Shown here piece after piece: positions 15,001-27,500 of a stretch of 64,000 nucleotides of DNA (position 1 is the stretch's first letter; each line of letters opens with the position of its first letter). Source of the DNA: Utricularia gibba (taxonomy: Eukaryota; Plantae; Magnoliophyta). The stretch covers positions 1-64,000 of the forward strand of contig NEEC01000247.1 of assembly GCA_002189035.1 (NCBI GenBank). Reading direction: 5' to 3'. A program made the position numbers and the translations under genes. The notes beneath the pieces are model-generated. The model saw nothing but the letters and a program-made list of their open reading frames with translations, ran no database searches and was not told the origin of the DNA.

Positions 15001-17883
15001 GGCCGATTTCGACAAGACCTCCGGCCAGATCCTAGTGCCCCTCGAGAGCGCCTCCTCAAATAAAAAGTATGTGGTTGGAAAACCATTTGGGGTGCTCATG
15101 ACATCCTAACTTCAATAAATGCATCACGATTTTCGTCGAATAGGACCGATGGGCTCAGGAGTCGACCGAACCTTGGGTCCGGATGAACTTCCCAACGAAA
15201 GCACCCACCCAAAAAACGACAAGCTTTTCCTTTCAGAAACAATGTAGGCAGCTGCCGAAAACCCAACGTTAATAAATGGATCACTTTTTTTGCCGGGCTA
15301 CAAATGACTATGGGCCCGATTTCGACAAGACCTCCGGCCAGATCCTAGTGCCCCTCGAGAGCGCCTCCTCAAATAAAAAGTATGTGGTTGGAAAACCATT
15401 TGGGGTGCTCATGACATCCTAACTTCAATAAATGCATCACGATTTTCGTTGAATAGGACCCGATTGGGCGCAGGAGTCGAACCGAACCTTGGGTCCGGAT
15501 GAACTTCCCAACGAAAGCACCCCCAAAAACGACAAGCTTTTCCTTCAGAAACAATGTAGGCAGCTGCCGAAAAACCCAACGTTAATAAATGGATCACTTT
15601 TTTTCCCGGGCTACAAATGACTATGGGCCCGATTTCGACAAGACCTCCGGCCGATCCTAGTGCCCCTCGAGAGCGCCTCCTCAAATAAAAAGTATGTGGT
15701 TGGAAAACCATTTGGGGTGCTCATGACATCCTAACTTCAATAAATGCATCACGATTTTCGTTGAATAGGACCCGATTGGGCGCAGGAGTCGAACCGAACC
15801 TTGGGTCCGGATGAACTTCCCAACGAAAGCACCCACCCAAAAACGACAAGCTTTTCCTTCAGAAACCATGTAAGCAGCTGCCGAAAACCCAACGTTAATA
15901 AATGGATCACTTTTTTTCCCGGGCTACAAATGACTATGGCCCGATTTCGACAAGACCTCCGGCCAGATCCTAGTGCCCCTCGAGAGCGCCTCCTCAAATA
16001 AAAAGTATGTGGTTGGAAAACCATTTGGGGTGCTCATGACATCCTAACTTCAATAAATGCATCACGATTTTCGTCGAATAGGACCCGATTGGGCTCAGGA
16101 GTCGAAAAGAACCTTGGGTCCGGATGAACTTCCCAACGAAAGCACCCACCAAAAACGACAAGCTTTTCCTTCAGAAACAATGTAGGCAGCTGCCGAAACC
16201 CAACGTTAATAAATGGATCACTTTTTTTGCCGGGCTACAAATGACTATGGGCCCGATTTCGACAAGACCTCCGGCCAGATCCTAGTGCCCCTCGAGAGCG
16301 CCTCCTCAAATAAAAAGTATGTGGTTGGAAAACCATTTGGGGTGCTCATGACATCCTAACTTCAATAAATGCATCACGATTTTCGTTGAATAGGACCCGA
16401 TTGGGCCAGGAGTCGAACCGAACCTTGGGTCCGGATGAACTTCCCAACGAAAGCACCCACCCAAAAAACGACAAGCTTTTCCTTCAGAAACCATGTAAGC
16501 AGCTGCCGAAAACCCAACGTTAATAAATGGATCACTTTTTTTTCCCGGGCTACAAATGACTATGGGCCCGAGCCCGACGACCTCCGGCCCGATCCTGGTG
16601 CCCCTCGAGAGCGCCTCCTCAAATATAAAGCTTGTGGATGAGAAAAAACCATTTGGGGTGCTCATGACATCCTAACTTCAATAAATGCATCACGATTTTC
16701 GTCGAATAGGACCCGATGGGCTCAGGAGTCGAACGAACCTTGGGTCCGGATGAACTTCCCAACGAAAGCACCCACCCAAAAACGACAAGCTTTTCCTTCA
16801 GAAAAATGTAGGCAGCTGCCGAAAACCCAACGTTAATAAATGGATCACTTTTTTTGCCGGGCTACAAATGACTATGGGCCCGATTTCGACAAGACCTCCG
16901 GCCGATCCTAGTGCCCCTCGAGAGCGCCTCCTCAAATAAAAAGTATGTGGTTGGAAAACCATTTGGGGTGCTCATGACATCCTAACTTCAATAAATGCAT
17001 CACGATTTTCGTTGAATAGGACCCGAGGGCGCAGGAGTCGAACCGAACCTTGGGTCCGGATGAACTTCCCAACGAAAGCACCCACCCAAAAACGACAAGC
17101 TTTCCTTTCAGAAACAATGTAGGCAGCTGCCGAAAACCCAACGTTAATAAATGGATCACTTTTTTTGCCGGGCTACAAATGACTATGGGCCCGATTTCGA
17201 CAAGACCTCCGGCCAGATCCTAGTGCCCCTCGAGAGCGCCTCCTCAATAAAAAAGTATGTGGTTGGAAAACCATTTGGGTGCTCATGACATCCTAACTTC
17301 AATAAATGCATCACGATTTTCGTTGAATAGGACCCGATTGGCGCAGGAGTCGAACCGAACCTTGGGTCCGGATGAACTTCCCAACGAAAGCACCCACCAA
17401 AAACGACAAGCTTTTCCTTCAGAAACCATGTAAGCAGCTGCCGAAAACCCAACGTTAATAAATGGATCACTTTTTTCCCGGGCTACAAATGACTATGGGC
17501 CCGAGCCCGACCCGACCTCCGGCCCTAGTGCCCCTCGAGAGCGCCTCCTCAAATAAAAGCTTGTGGATGAGAAAACCATTTGGGGTGCTCATGACATCCT
17601 AACTTCAATAAATGCATCACGATTTTCGTTGAATAGGACCCGATTGGGCTCAGGAGTCGAACCGAACCTTGGTCCGGATGAACTTCCCAACGAAAGCACC
17701 CACCCAAAAACGACAAGCTTTTCTTCAGAAACAATGTAGGCAGCTGCCGAAAACCCAACGTTAATAAATGGATCACTTTTTTTGCCGGGCTACAAATGAC
17801 TATGGGCCCGATTTCGACAAGACCTCCGGCCAGATCCTAGTGCCCCTCGAGAGCGCCTCCTCAAATAAAAAGTATGTGGTTGG

Positions 17884-18149
17884 AAAACCATTTGGTGCTC
17901 ATGACATCCTAACTTCAATAAATGCATCACGATTTTCGGAATAGGACCCGATTGGGCGCAGGAGTCGAACCGAACCTTGGGTCCGGATGAACTTCCCAAC
18001 GAAAGCACCCACCCAAAAACGACAAGCTTTTTTTAAACTGCCGAAAACCCAACGTTAATAAATGGATCACTTTGCTTGACTAAACCCGACCTCCGGCCGA
18101 TCCTAGTGCCCCTCGAGAGCGCCTCCTCAAATAAAAGTTGTGGATGAGA
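17884..18149 (+). repeat. Shortened, locally scrambled monomer (~266 bp)
   Basis: 18025-18090 reads AGCTTTTTTTAAACTGCCG...ATCACTTTGCTTGACTAAACCCGACC, with two internal deletions totalling ~48 bp against consensus. Confidence 0.8.
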
Positions 18150-21100
18150 AAACCATTTGGGGTGCTCATGACATCCTAACTTCAATAAATGCATCACGAT
18201 TTTCGTGAATAGGACCCGATTGGGCTCAGGAGTCGAAAAAACCTTGGTCCGGATGAACTTCCCAACGAAAGCACCCACCCAAAAACGACAAGCTTTTCCT
18301 TCAGAAACAATGTAGGCAGCTGCCGAAAACCCAACGTTAATAAATGGATCACTTTTTTTTGCCGGGCTACAAATGACTATGGGCCCGATTTCGACAAGAC
18401 CTCCGGCCAGATCCTAGTGCCCCTCGAGAGCGCCTCCTCAAATAAAAAGTATGTGGTTGGAAAACCATTTGGGTGCTCATGACATCCTAACTTCAATAAA
18501 TGCATCACGATTTTCGTGAATAGGACCCGATTGGGCTCAGGAGTCGAACCGAACCTTGGTTCCGGATGAACTTCCCAACGAAAGCACCCACCAAAAACGA
18601 CAAGCTTTTCCTTCAGAAACAATGTAGCAGCTGCCGAAAACCCAACGTTAATAAATGGATCACTTTTTTTGCCGGGCTACAAATGACTATGGGCCCGAGC
18701 CCGACGACCTCCGGCCGATCCTGGTGCCCCTCGAGAGCGCCTCCTCAAATAAAAAAGTTGTGGATGAGAAAACCATTTGGGGTGCTCATGACATCCTAAC
18801 TTCAATAAATGCATCACGATTTTCGTTGAATAGGACCCGATTGGGCGCAGGAGTCGAACCGAACCTTGGGTCCGGATGAACTTCCCAACGAAAGCACCCA
18901 CCCAAAAACGACAAGCTTTTCCTTCAGAAACCATGTAAGCAGCTGCCGAAAACCCAACGTTAATAAATGGATCACTTTTTTCCCGGGCTACAAATGACTA
19001 TGGGCCCGAGCCCGACCCGACCTCCGGCCCGATCCTAGTGCCCCTCGAGAGCGCCTCCTCAAAATAAAGCTGTGGGATGAGAAAACCATTTGGGGTGCTC
19101 ATGACATCCTAACTTCAATAAATGCATCACGATTTTCGTCGAATAGGACCCGATCGGGCTCAGGAGTCGAACGAACCTTGGGTCCGGATGAACTTCCCAA
19201 CGAAAGCACCCACCCAAAAACGACAAGCTTTTCCTTCAGAAACAATGTAGGCAGCTGCCGAAAACCCAACGTTAATAAATGGATCACTTTTTTTCCGGGC
19301 TACAAATGACTATGGGCCCGAGCCCGACCCGACCTCCGGCCCGATCCTGGTGCCCCTCGAGAGCGCCTCCTCAAATAAAAGCTTGTGGATGAGAAAACCA
19401 TTTGGGTGCTCATGACATCCTAACTTCAATAAATGCATCACGATTTTCGTTGAATAGGACCCGATTGGGCGCAGGAGTCGAACCGAACCTTGGGTCCGGA
19501 TGAACTTCCCAACGAAAGCACCCACCCAAAAACGACAAGCTTTTCCTTCAGAAACAATGTAGGCAGCTGCCGAAAACCCAACGTTAATAAATGGATCACT
19601 TTTTTTTGCCGGGCTACAAATGACTATGGGCCCGATTTCGACAAGACCTCCGGCCGATCCTAGTGCCCCTCGAGAGCGCCTCCTCAAATAAAAAGTTGTG
19701 GTTGAGAAAACCATTTGGGGTGCTCATGACATCCTAACTTCAATAAATGCATCACGATTTTCGTTGAATAGGACCCGATTGGGGCAGGAGTCGAACCGAA
19801 CCTTGGGTCCGGATGAACTTCCCAACGAAAGCACCCACCCAAAAACGACAAGCTTTTCCTTCAGAAACCATGTAAGCAGCTGCCGAAAACCCAACGTTAA
19901 TAAATGGATCACTTTTTTCCCGGGCTACAAATGACTATGGCCCGAGCCCGACCCGACCTCCGGCCCGATCCTGGTGCCCCTCGAGAGCGCCTCCTCAAAT
20001 ATAAAGCTTGTGGATGAGAAAACCATTTGGGGTGCTCATGACATCCTAACTTCAATAAATGCATCACGATTTTCGTCGAATAGGACCGATGGGCTCAGGA
20101 GTCGAACAGAACCTTGGGTCCGGATGAACTTCCCAACGAAAGCACCCACCCAAAAACGACAAGCTTTTCCTTCAGAAACAATGTAGGCAGCTGCCGAAAA
20201 CCCAACGTTAATAAATGGATCACTTTTTTTGCCGGGCTACAAATGACTATGGGCCCGATTTCGACAAGACCTCCGGCCAGATCCTAGTGCCCCTCGAGAG
20301 CGCCTCCTCAAATAAAAAGTATGTGGTTGGAAAACCATTTTGGGGTGCTCATGACATCCTAACTTCAATAAATGCATCACGATTTTCGTTGAATAGGACC
20401 CGATTGGGCGCAGGAGTCGAACCGAACCTTGGGTCCGGATGAACTTCCCAACGAAAGCACCCACCCAAAAACGACAAGCTTTTCCTTCAGAAACCATGTA
20501 GGCAGCTGCCGAAAACCCAACGTTAATAAATGGATCACTTTTTTCCCGGCTACAAATGACTATGGGCCCGAGCCCGACCCGACCTCCGGCCCGATCCTGG
20601 TGCCCCTCGAGAGCGCCTCCTCAAATATAAAGCTTGTGGATGAGAAAACCATTTGGGGTGCTCATGACATCCTAACTTCAATAAATGCATCACGATTTTC
20701 GTGAATAGGACCCGATTGGGCTCAGGAGTCGAACCTTGGGTCCGGATGAACTTCCCAACGAAAGCACCCACCCAAAAACGACAAGCTTTTCCTTCAGAAA
20801 CAATGTAGGCAGCTGCCGAAAACCCAACGTTAATAAATGGATCACTTTTTTGCCGGGCTACAAATGACTATGGGCCCGATTTCGACGACCTCCGGCCCGA
20901 TCCTAGTGCCCCTCGAGAGCGCCTCCTCAAATAAAAGCTTGTGGTTGAGAAAACCATTTGGGGTGCTCATGACATCCTAACTTCAATAAATGCATCACGA
21001 TTTTCGTCGAATAGGACCCGATTGGGCTCAGGAGTCGAACAGAACCTTGGGTTCGGATGAACTTCCCAACGAAAGCACCCACCCAAAAACGACAAGCTTT

Positions 21101-21262
21101 TCCTTCAGAAACAATGTAGGCAGCTGCCGAAAACCCAACGTTAATAAATGGATCACTTTTTTTGCCGGGCTACAAATGACTATGGGCCCGATTTCGACAA
21201 GACCTCCGGCCGATCCTAGTGCCCCTCGAGAGCGCCTCCTCAAATAAAAAAGTTGTGGTTGG

Positions 21263-21420
21263 AAAACCATTTGGGGTGCTCATGACATCCTAACTTCAAT
21301 AAATGCATCACGATTTTCGTTGAATAGGACCCGATTGGGCGCAGGAGTCGAACCGAACCTTGGGTCCGGATGAACTTCCCAACGAAAGCACCCACCCAAA
21401 AACGACAAGCTTTTCCTTCA
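21263..21420 (+). repeat. Monomer half 1 (~158 bp), one of two ancestral subunits
   Basis: Aligns without gaps to half 2 over the first 59 nt at 39-42/59 identity depending on allele. Both halves share AAACCAT, AATAAATG, ATCAC and a near-terminal AAGCTT. Confidence 0.9.
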
Positions 21421-21577
21421 GAAACCATGTAAGCAGCTGCCGAAAACCCAACGTTAATAAATGGATCACTTTTTTTCCCGGGCTACAAATGACTATGGGC
21501 CCGAGCCCGACCCGACCTCCGGCCCGATCCTGGTGCCCCTCGAGAGCGCCTCCTCAAATATAAAGCTTGTGGATGAG
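21421..21577 (+). repeat. Monomer half 2 (~157 bp), diverged duplicate of half 1
   Basis: GAAACCATGTAAGCAGCTGCCGAAAACCCAACGTTAATAAATGGATCAC parallels AAAACCATTTGGGGTGCTCATGACATCCTAACTTCAATAAATGCATCAC. HindIII sites fall at 21407, 21563 and 21722 (spacing 156/159). Confidence 0.9.
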
Positions 21578-24500
21578 AAAACCATTTGGGGTGCTCATGA
21601 CATCCTAACTTCAATAAATGCATCACGATTTTCGTCGAATAGGACCCGATTGGGCTCAGGAGTCGAAACGAACCTTGGGTCCGGATGAACTTCCCAACGA
21701 AAGCACCCACCCAAAAACGACAAGCTTTTCCTTCAGAAACAATGTAGGCAGCTGCCGAAAACCCAACGTTAATAAATGGATCACTTTTTTTGCCGGGCTA
21801 CAAATGACTATGGGCCCGAGCCCGACCCGACCTCCGGCCGATCCTAGTGCCCCTCGAGAGCGCCTCCTCAAATAAAAGTTGTGGTTGAGAAAACCATTTG
21901 GGGTGCTCATGACATCCTAACTTCAATAAATGCATCACGATTTTCGTTGAATAGGACCCGATTGGGCGCAGGAGTCGAACCGAACCTTGGGTCCGGATGA
22001 ACTTCCCAACGAAAGCACCCACCCAAAAACGACAAGCTTTCCTTCAGAAACATGTAGGCAGCTGCCGAAAACCCAACGTTAATAAATGGATCACTTTTTT
22101 CCCGGGCTACAAATGACTATGGGCCCGAGCCCGACGACCTCCGGCCGATCCTGGTGCCCCTCGAGAGCGCCTCCTCAAATAAAGCTTGTGGATGGAAAAA
22201 CCATTTGGGGTGCTCATGACATCCTAACTTCAATAAATGCATCACGATTTTCGTTGAATAGGACCCGATTGGGGCAGGAGTCGAACCGAACCTTGGGTCC
22301 GGATGAACTTCCCAACGAAAGCACCCACCCAAAAACGACAAGCTTTTCCTTCAGAAACAATGTAAGCAGCTGCCGAAAACCCAACGTTAATAAATGGATC
22401 ACTTTTTTCCCGGGCTACAAATGACTATGGGCCCGAGCCCGACCCGACCTCCGGCCCGATCCTAGTGCCCCTCGAGAGCGCCTCCTCAAATAAGCTTGTG
22501 GATGAGAAAACCATTTGGGGTGCTCATGACATCCTAACTTCAATAAATGCATCACGATTTTCGTCGAATAGGACCCGATTGGGCTCAGGAGTCGAACCGA
22601 ACCTTGGGTCCGATGAACTTCCCAACGAAAGCACCCACCCAAAAACGACAAGCTTTTCCTTCAGAAACAATGTAGGCAGCTGCCGAAAACCCAACGTTAA
22701 TAAATGGATCACTTTTTTTGCCGGGCTACAAATGACTATGGGCCCGACGACCAAGACCTCCGGCCGATCCTAGTGCCCTCGAGAGCGCCTCCTCAAATAA
22801 AAAGTATGTGGTTGGAAAACCATTTGGGGTGCTCATGACATCCTAACTTCAATAAATGCATCACGATTTTCGTTGAATAGGACCCGATTGGGCGCAGGAG
22901 TCGAACCGAACCTTGGGTCCGGATGAACTTCCCAACGAAAGCACCCACCCAAAAACGACAAGCTTTTCCTTCAGAAACCATGTAAGCAGCTGCCGAAAAC
23001 CCAACGTTAATAAATGGATCACTTTTTTCCCGGGCTACAAATGACTATGGGCCCGAGCCCGACCCGACCTCCGGCCCGATCCTGGTGCCCCTCGAGAGCG
23101 CCTCCTCAAATATAAAGCTTGTGGATGAGAAAACCATTTGGGGTGCTCATGACATCCTAACTTCAATAAATGCATCACGATTTTCGTGAATAGGACCCGA
23201 TTGGGCGCAGGAGTCGAACCGAACCTTGGGTCCGGATGAACTTCCCAACGAAAGCACCCACCCAAAAACGACAAGCTTTTCCTTCAGAAACAATAGGCAG
23301 CTGCCGAAAACCCAACGTTAATAAATGGATCACTTTTTTTGCCGGCTACAAATGACTATGGGCCCGACCGACGACCTCCGGCCGATCCTGGTGCCCCTCG
23401 AGAGCGCCTCCTCAAATAAAAAAAGTTGTGGTTGGAAAACCATTTGGGGTGCTCATGACATCCTAACTTCAATAAATGCATCACGATTTTCGTTGAATAG
23501 GACCCGATTGGGCAGGAGTCGAACCGAACCTTGGGTCCGGATGAACTTCCCAACGAAAGCACCCACCCAAAAACGACAAGCTTTTCCTTCAGAAACCATG
23601 TAAGCAGCTGCCGAAAACCCAACGTTAATAAATGGATCACTTTTTTCCCGGGCTACAAATGACTATGGGCCCGAGCCCGACCCGACCTCCGGCCGATCCT
23701 GGTGCCCCTCGAGAGCGCCTCCTCAAATATAAAGCTTGTGGATGAGAAAACCATTTGGGGTGCTCATGACATCCTAACTTCAATAAATGCATCACGATTT
23801 TCGTCGAATAGGACCCGATTGGGCTCAGGAGTCGAACCGAACCTTGGGTCGGATGAACTTCCCAACGAAAGCACCCACCCAAAAACGACAAGCTTTTCCT
23901 TCAGAAACAATGTAGGCAGCTGCCGAAAACCCAACGTTAATAAATGGATCACTTTTTGCCGGGCTACAAATGACTATGGGCCCGATTTCGACAAGACCTC
24001 CGGCCAGATCCTAGTGCCCCCTCGAGAGCGCCTCCTCAAATAAAAAGTATGTGGTTGGGAAAACCATTTGGGGTGCTCATGACATCCTAACTTCAATAAA
24101 TGCATCACGATTTTCGTTGAATAGACCCGATTGGGCGCAGGAGTCGAACCGAACCTTGGGTCCGGATGAACTTCCCAACGAAAGCCCACCCAAAAACGAC
24201 AAGCTTTTCCTTCAGAAACCATGTAAGCAGCTGCCGAAAACCCAACGTTAATAAATGGATCACTTTTTTCCCGGGCTACAAATGACTATGGGCCCGAGCC
24301 CGACCGACCTCCGGCCCGATCCTGGTGCCCCTCGAGAGCGCCTCCTCAAATATAAAGCTTGTGGATGAGAAAACCATTTGGGGTGCTCATGACATCCTAA
24401 CTTCAATAAATGCATCACGATTTTCGTTGAATAGGACCCGATTGGGCGCAGGAGTCGAACCGAACCTTGGGTCCGGATGAACTTCCCAACGAAAGCACCC

Positions 24501-27500
24501 ACCCAAAACGACAAGCTTTTCCTTCAGAAACATGTAGCAGCTGCCGAAAACCCAACGTTAATAAATGGATCACTTTTTTTGCCGGGCTACAAATGACTAT
24601 GGCCCGAGCGACCGACCTCCGGCCCGATCCTAGTGCCCCTCGAGAGCGCCTCCTCAAATAAAAAGTTGTGGTGGAAAAACCATTTGGGGTGCTCATGACA
24701 TCCTAACTTCAATAAATGCATCACGATTTTCGTTGAATAGGACCCGATTGGGCGCAGGAGTCGAACCGAACCTTGGGTCCGGATGAACTTCCCAACGAAA
24801 GCACCCACCCAAAAACGACAAGCTTTCCTTCAGAAACAATGTAGGCAGCTGCCGAAAACCAACGTTAATAAATGGATCACTTTTTTTGCCGGGCTACAAA
24901 TGACTATGGGCCCGATTTCGACAAGACCTCCGGCCCGATCCTAGTGCCCCTCGAGAGCGCCTCCTCAAATAAAAAGTATGTGGTTGGAAAACCATTTGGG
25001 GTGCTCATGACATCCTAACTTCAATAAATGCATCACGATTTTCGTTGAATAGGACCCGATTGGGCGCAGGAGTCGAACCGAACCTTGGGTCCGGATGAAC
25101 TTCCCAACGAAAGCACCCACCCAAAAACGACAAGCTTTTCCTTCAGAAACAATGTAGCAGCTGCCGAAAACCCAACGTTAATAAATGGATCACTTTTTTT
25201 CCGGGCTACAAATGACTATGGGCCCGAGCCCGACCCGACCTCCGGCCCGATCCTGGTGCCCCTCGAGAGCGCCTCCTCAAATATAAAAGCTTGTGGATGA
25301 GAAAACCATTTGGGGTGCTCATGACATCCTAACTTCAATAAATGCATCACGATTTTCGTCGAATAGGACCCGATCGGGCTCAGGAGTCGAACAGAACCTT
25401 GGGTCCGGATGAACTTCCCAACGAAAGCACCCACCAAAAACGACAAGCTTTTCCTTCAGAAACAATGTAGCAGCTGCCGAAAACCAACGTTAATAAATGG
25501 ATCACTTTTTTTCCGGGCTACAAATGACTATGGGCCCGACGACAAGACCTCCGGCCCGATCCTGTGCCCCTCGAGAGCGCCTCCTCAAATAAAAGTTGTG
25601 GTTGGAAAACCATTTGGGGTGCTCATGACATCCTAACTTCAATAAATGCATCACGATTTTCGTTGAATAGGACCCGATTGGGCGCAGGAGTCGAACCGAA
25701 CCTTGGGTCCGGATGAACTTCCCAACGAAAGCACCCACCCAAAAACGACAAGCTTTTCCTTCAGAAACAATGTAGGCAGCTGCCGAAAACCCAACGTTAA
25801 TAAATGGATCACTTTTTTCCCGGGCTACAAATGACTATGGGCCCGAGCCGACAAGACCTCCGGCCAGATCCTGTGCCCCTCGAGAGCGCCTCCTCAAATA
25901 AAAAGTTGTGGTTGGAAAACCATTTGGGGTGCTCATGACATCCTAACTTCAATAAATGCATCACGATTTTCGTTGAATAGGACCCGATTGGCGCAGGAGT
26001 CGAACCGAACCTTGGGTCCGGATGAACTTCCCAACGAAAGCACCCACCCAAAAACGACAAGCTTTTCCTTCAGAAACAATGTAGGCAGCTGCCGAAAACC
26101 CAACGTTAATAAATGGATCACTTTTTTTCCCGGGCTACAAATGACTATGGGCCCGATTTCGACAAGACCTCCGGCCGATCCTAGTGCCCCTCGAGAGCGC
26201 CTCCTCAAATATAAAGCTTGTGGTGGAAAACCATTTGGGGTGCTCATGACATCCTAACTTCAATAAATGCATCACGATTTTCGTTGAATAGGACCCGATT
26301 GGGCGCAGGAGTCGAACCGAACCTTGGGTCCGGATGAACTTCCCAACGAAAGCACCCACCCAAAAACGACAAGCTTTTCCTTCAGAAACAATGTAGGCAG
26401 CTGCCGAAAACCCAACGTTAATAAATGGATCACTTTTTTTGCCGGGCTACAAATGACTATGGGCCCGATTTCGACAAGACCTCCGGCCAGATCCTAGTGC
26501 CCCTCGAGAGCGCCTCCTCAAATAAAAAGTATGTGGTTGGAAAACCATTTGGGGTGCTCATGACATCCTAACTTCAATAAATGCATCACGATTTTCGTTG
26601 AATAGGACCCGATTGGGCGCAGGAGTCGAACCGAACCTTGGGTCCGGATGAACTTCCCAACGAAAGCACCCACCAAAAAAACGACAAGCTTTTCCTTCAG
26701 AAACAATGTAGGCAGCTGCCGAAAACCCAACGTTAATAAATGGATCACTTTTTTTGCCGGGCTACAAATGACTATGGGCCCGAGCGACCGACCTCCGGCC
26801 AGATCCTGTGCCCCTCGAGAGCGCCTCCTCAAATAAAAGTTGTGGATGGAAAAACCATTTGGGGTGCTCATGACATCCTAACTTCAATAAATGCATCACG
26901 ATTTTCGTTGAATAGGACCCGATTGGGCGCAGGAGTCGAACCGAACCTTGGGTCCGGATGAACTTCCCAACGAAAGCACCCACCAAAAACGACAAGCTTT
27001 TCCTTCAGAAACAATGTAGGCAGCTGCCGAAAACCAACGTTAATAAATGGATCACTTTTTTTCCCCGGGCTACAAATGACTATGGGCCCGATTTCGACAA
27101 GACCTCCGGCCAGATCCTGTGCCCCTCGAGAGCGCCTCCTCAAATAAAAAAGTATGTGGTTGGAAAACCATTTGGGGTGCTCATGACATCCTAACTTCAA
27201 TAAATGCATCACGATTTTCGTTGAATAGGACCCGATTGGGCGCAGGAGTCGAACCGAACCTTGGGTCGGATGAACTTCCCAACGAAAGCACCCACCCAAA
27301 AACGACAAGCTTTTCCTTCAGAAACAATGTAGCAGCTGCCGAAAACCCAACGTTAATAAATGGATCACTTTTTTTTCCCGGGCTACAAATGACTATGGGC
27401 CCGAGCCCGACACCTCCGCCCGATCCTAGTGCCCCTCGAGAGCGCCTCCTCAAATAAAAATTGTGGATGAGAAAACCATTTGGGGTGCTCATGACATCCT

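Larger units (their letters stand above)
21263..21577 (+). repeat. Representative full-length 315-bp monomer (B-tail type)
   Basis: Runs from AAAACCATTTGGGG at 21263 to ...TATAAAGCTTGTGGATGAG at 21577. Contains BspHI, NsiI, BspEI, HindIII x2, PvuII, AclI, SmaI (polymorphic), ApaI and XhoI sites. A hand count of a B-tail consensus gave 159/315 GC (~50.5%). Confidence 0.95.
19707..24368 (+). repeat. Local, imperfect 2-mer higher-order repeat (~625 bp) with some 3-mers
   Basis: Units with [CGTTGAA, GGCGC, CCATGTAAG, TCCCGGG, B tail] mostly alternate with units carrying [CGTCGAA, GGCTC, CAATGTAGG, TGCCGGG, A tail]. The CCATGTA(A/G)G or CAATGTAAG marker lies at ~19868, 20494, 21425, 22360, 22978, 23596 and 24219. 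Confidence 0.65.

Noticed and set aside
21298-21463. AATAAA and TATAAA hexamers as poly(A) signal or TATA box
   Set aside because: They occur in every monomer of an AT-tract-rich satellite with no transcription unit context, and TATAAA is polymorphic.
21263-21577. Resemblance to grass centromeric CentC/CentO (155-156 bp): AAAACCATTTGGGGTG, CCCAACGAAAGCACCC
   Set aside because: These are only short motif similarities to sequences recalled from memory, and motif spacing did not match. A real alignment is needed; not supported here.
21650-21815. Inverted repeat GGGCTC (half 1) / GAGCCC (half 2) and many 6-bp palindromes
   Set aside because: Stems are only 6-8 bp and ~160 bp apart, which is expected by chance in a GC-rich tract. 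There is no evidence for a hairpin or MITE-like terminal repeats.
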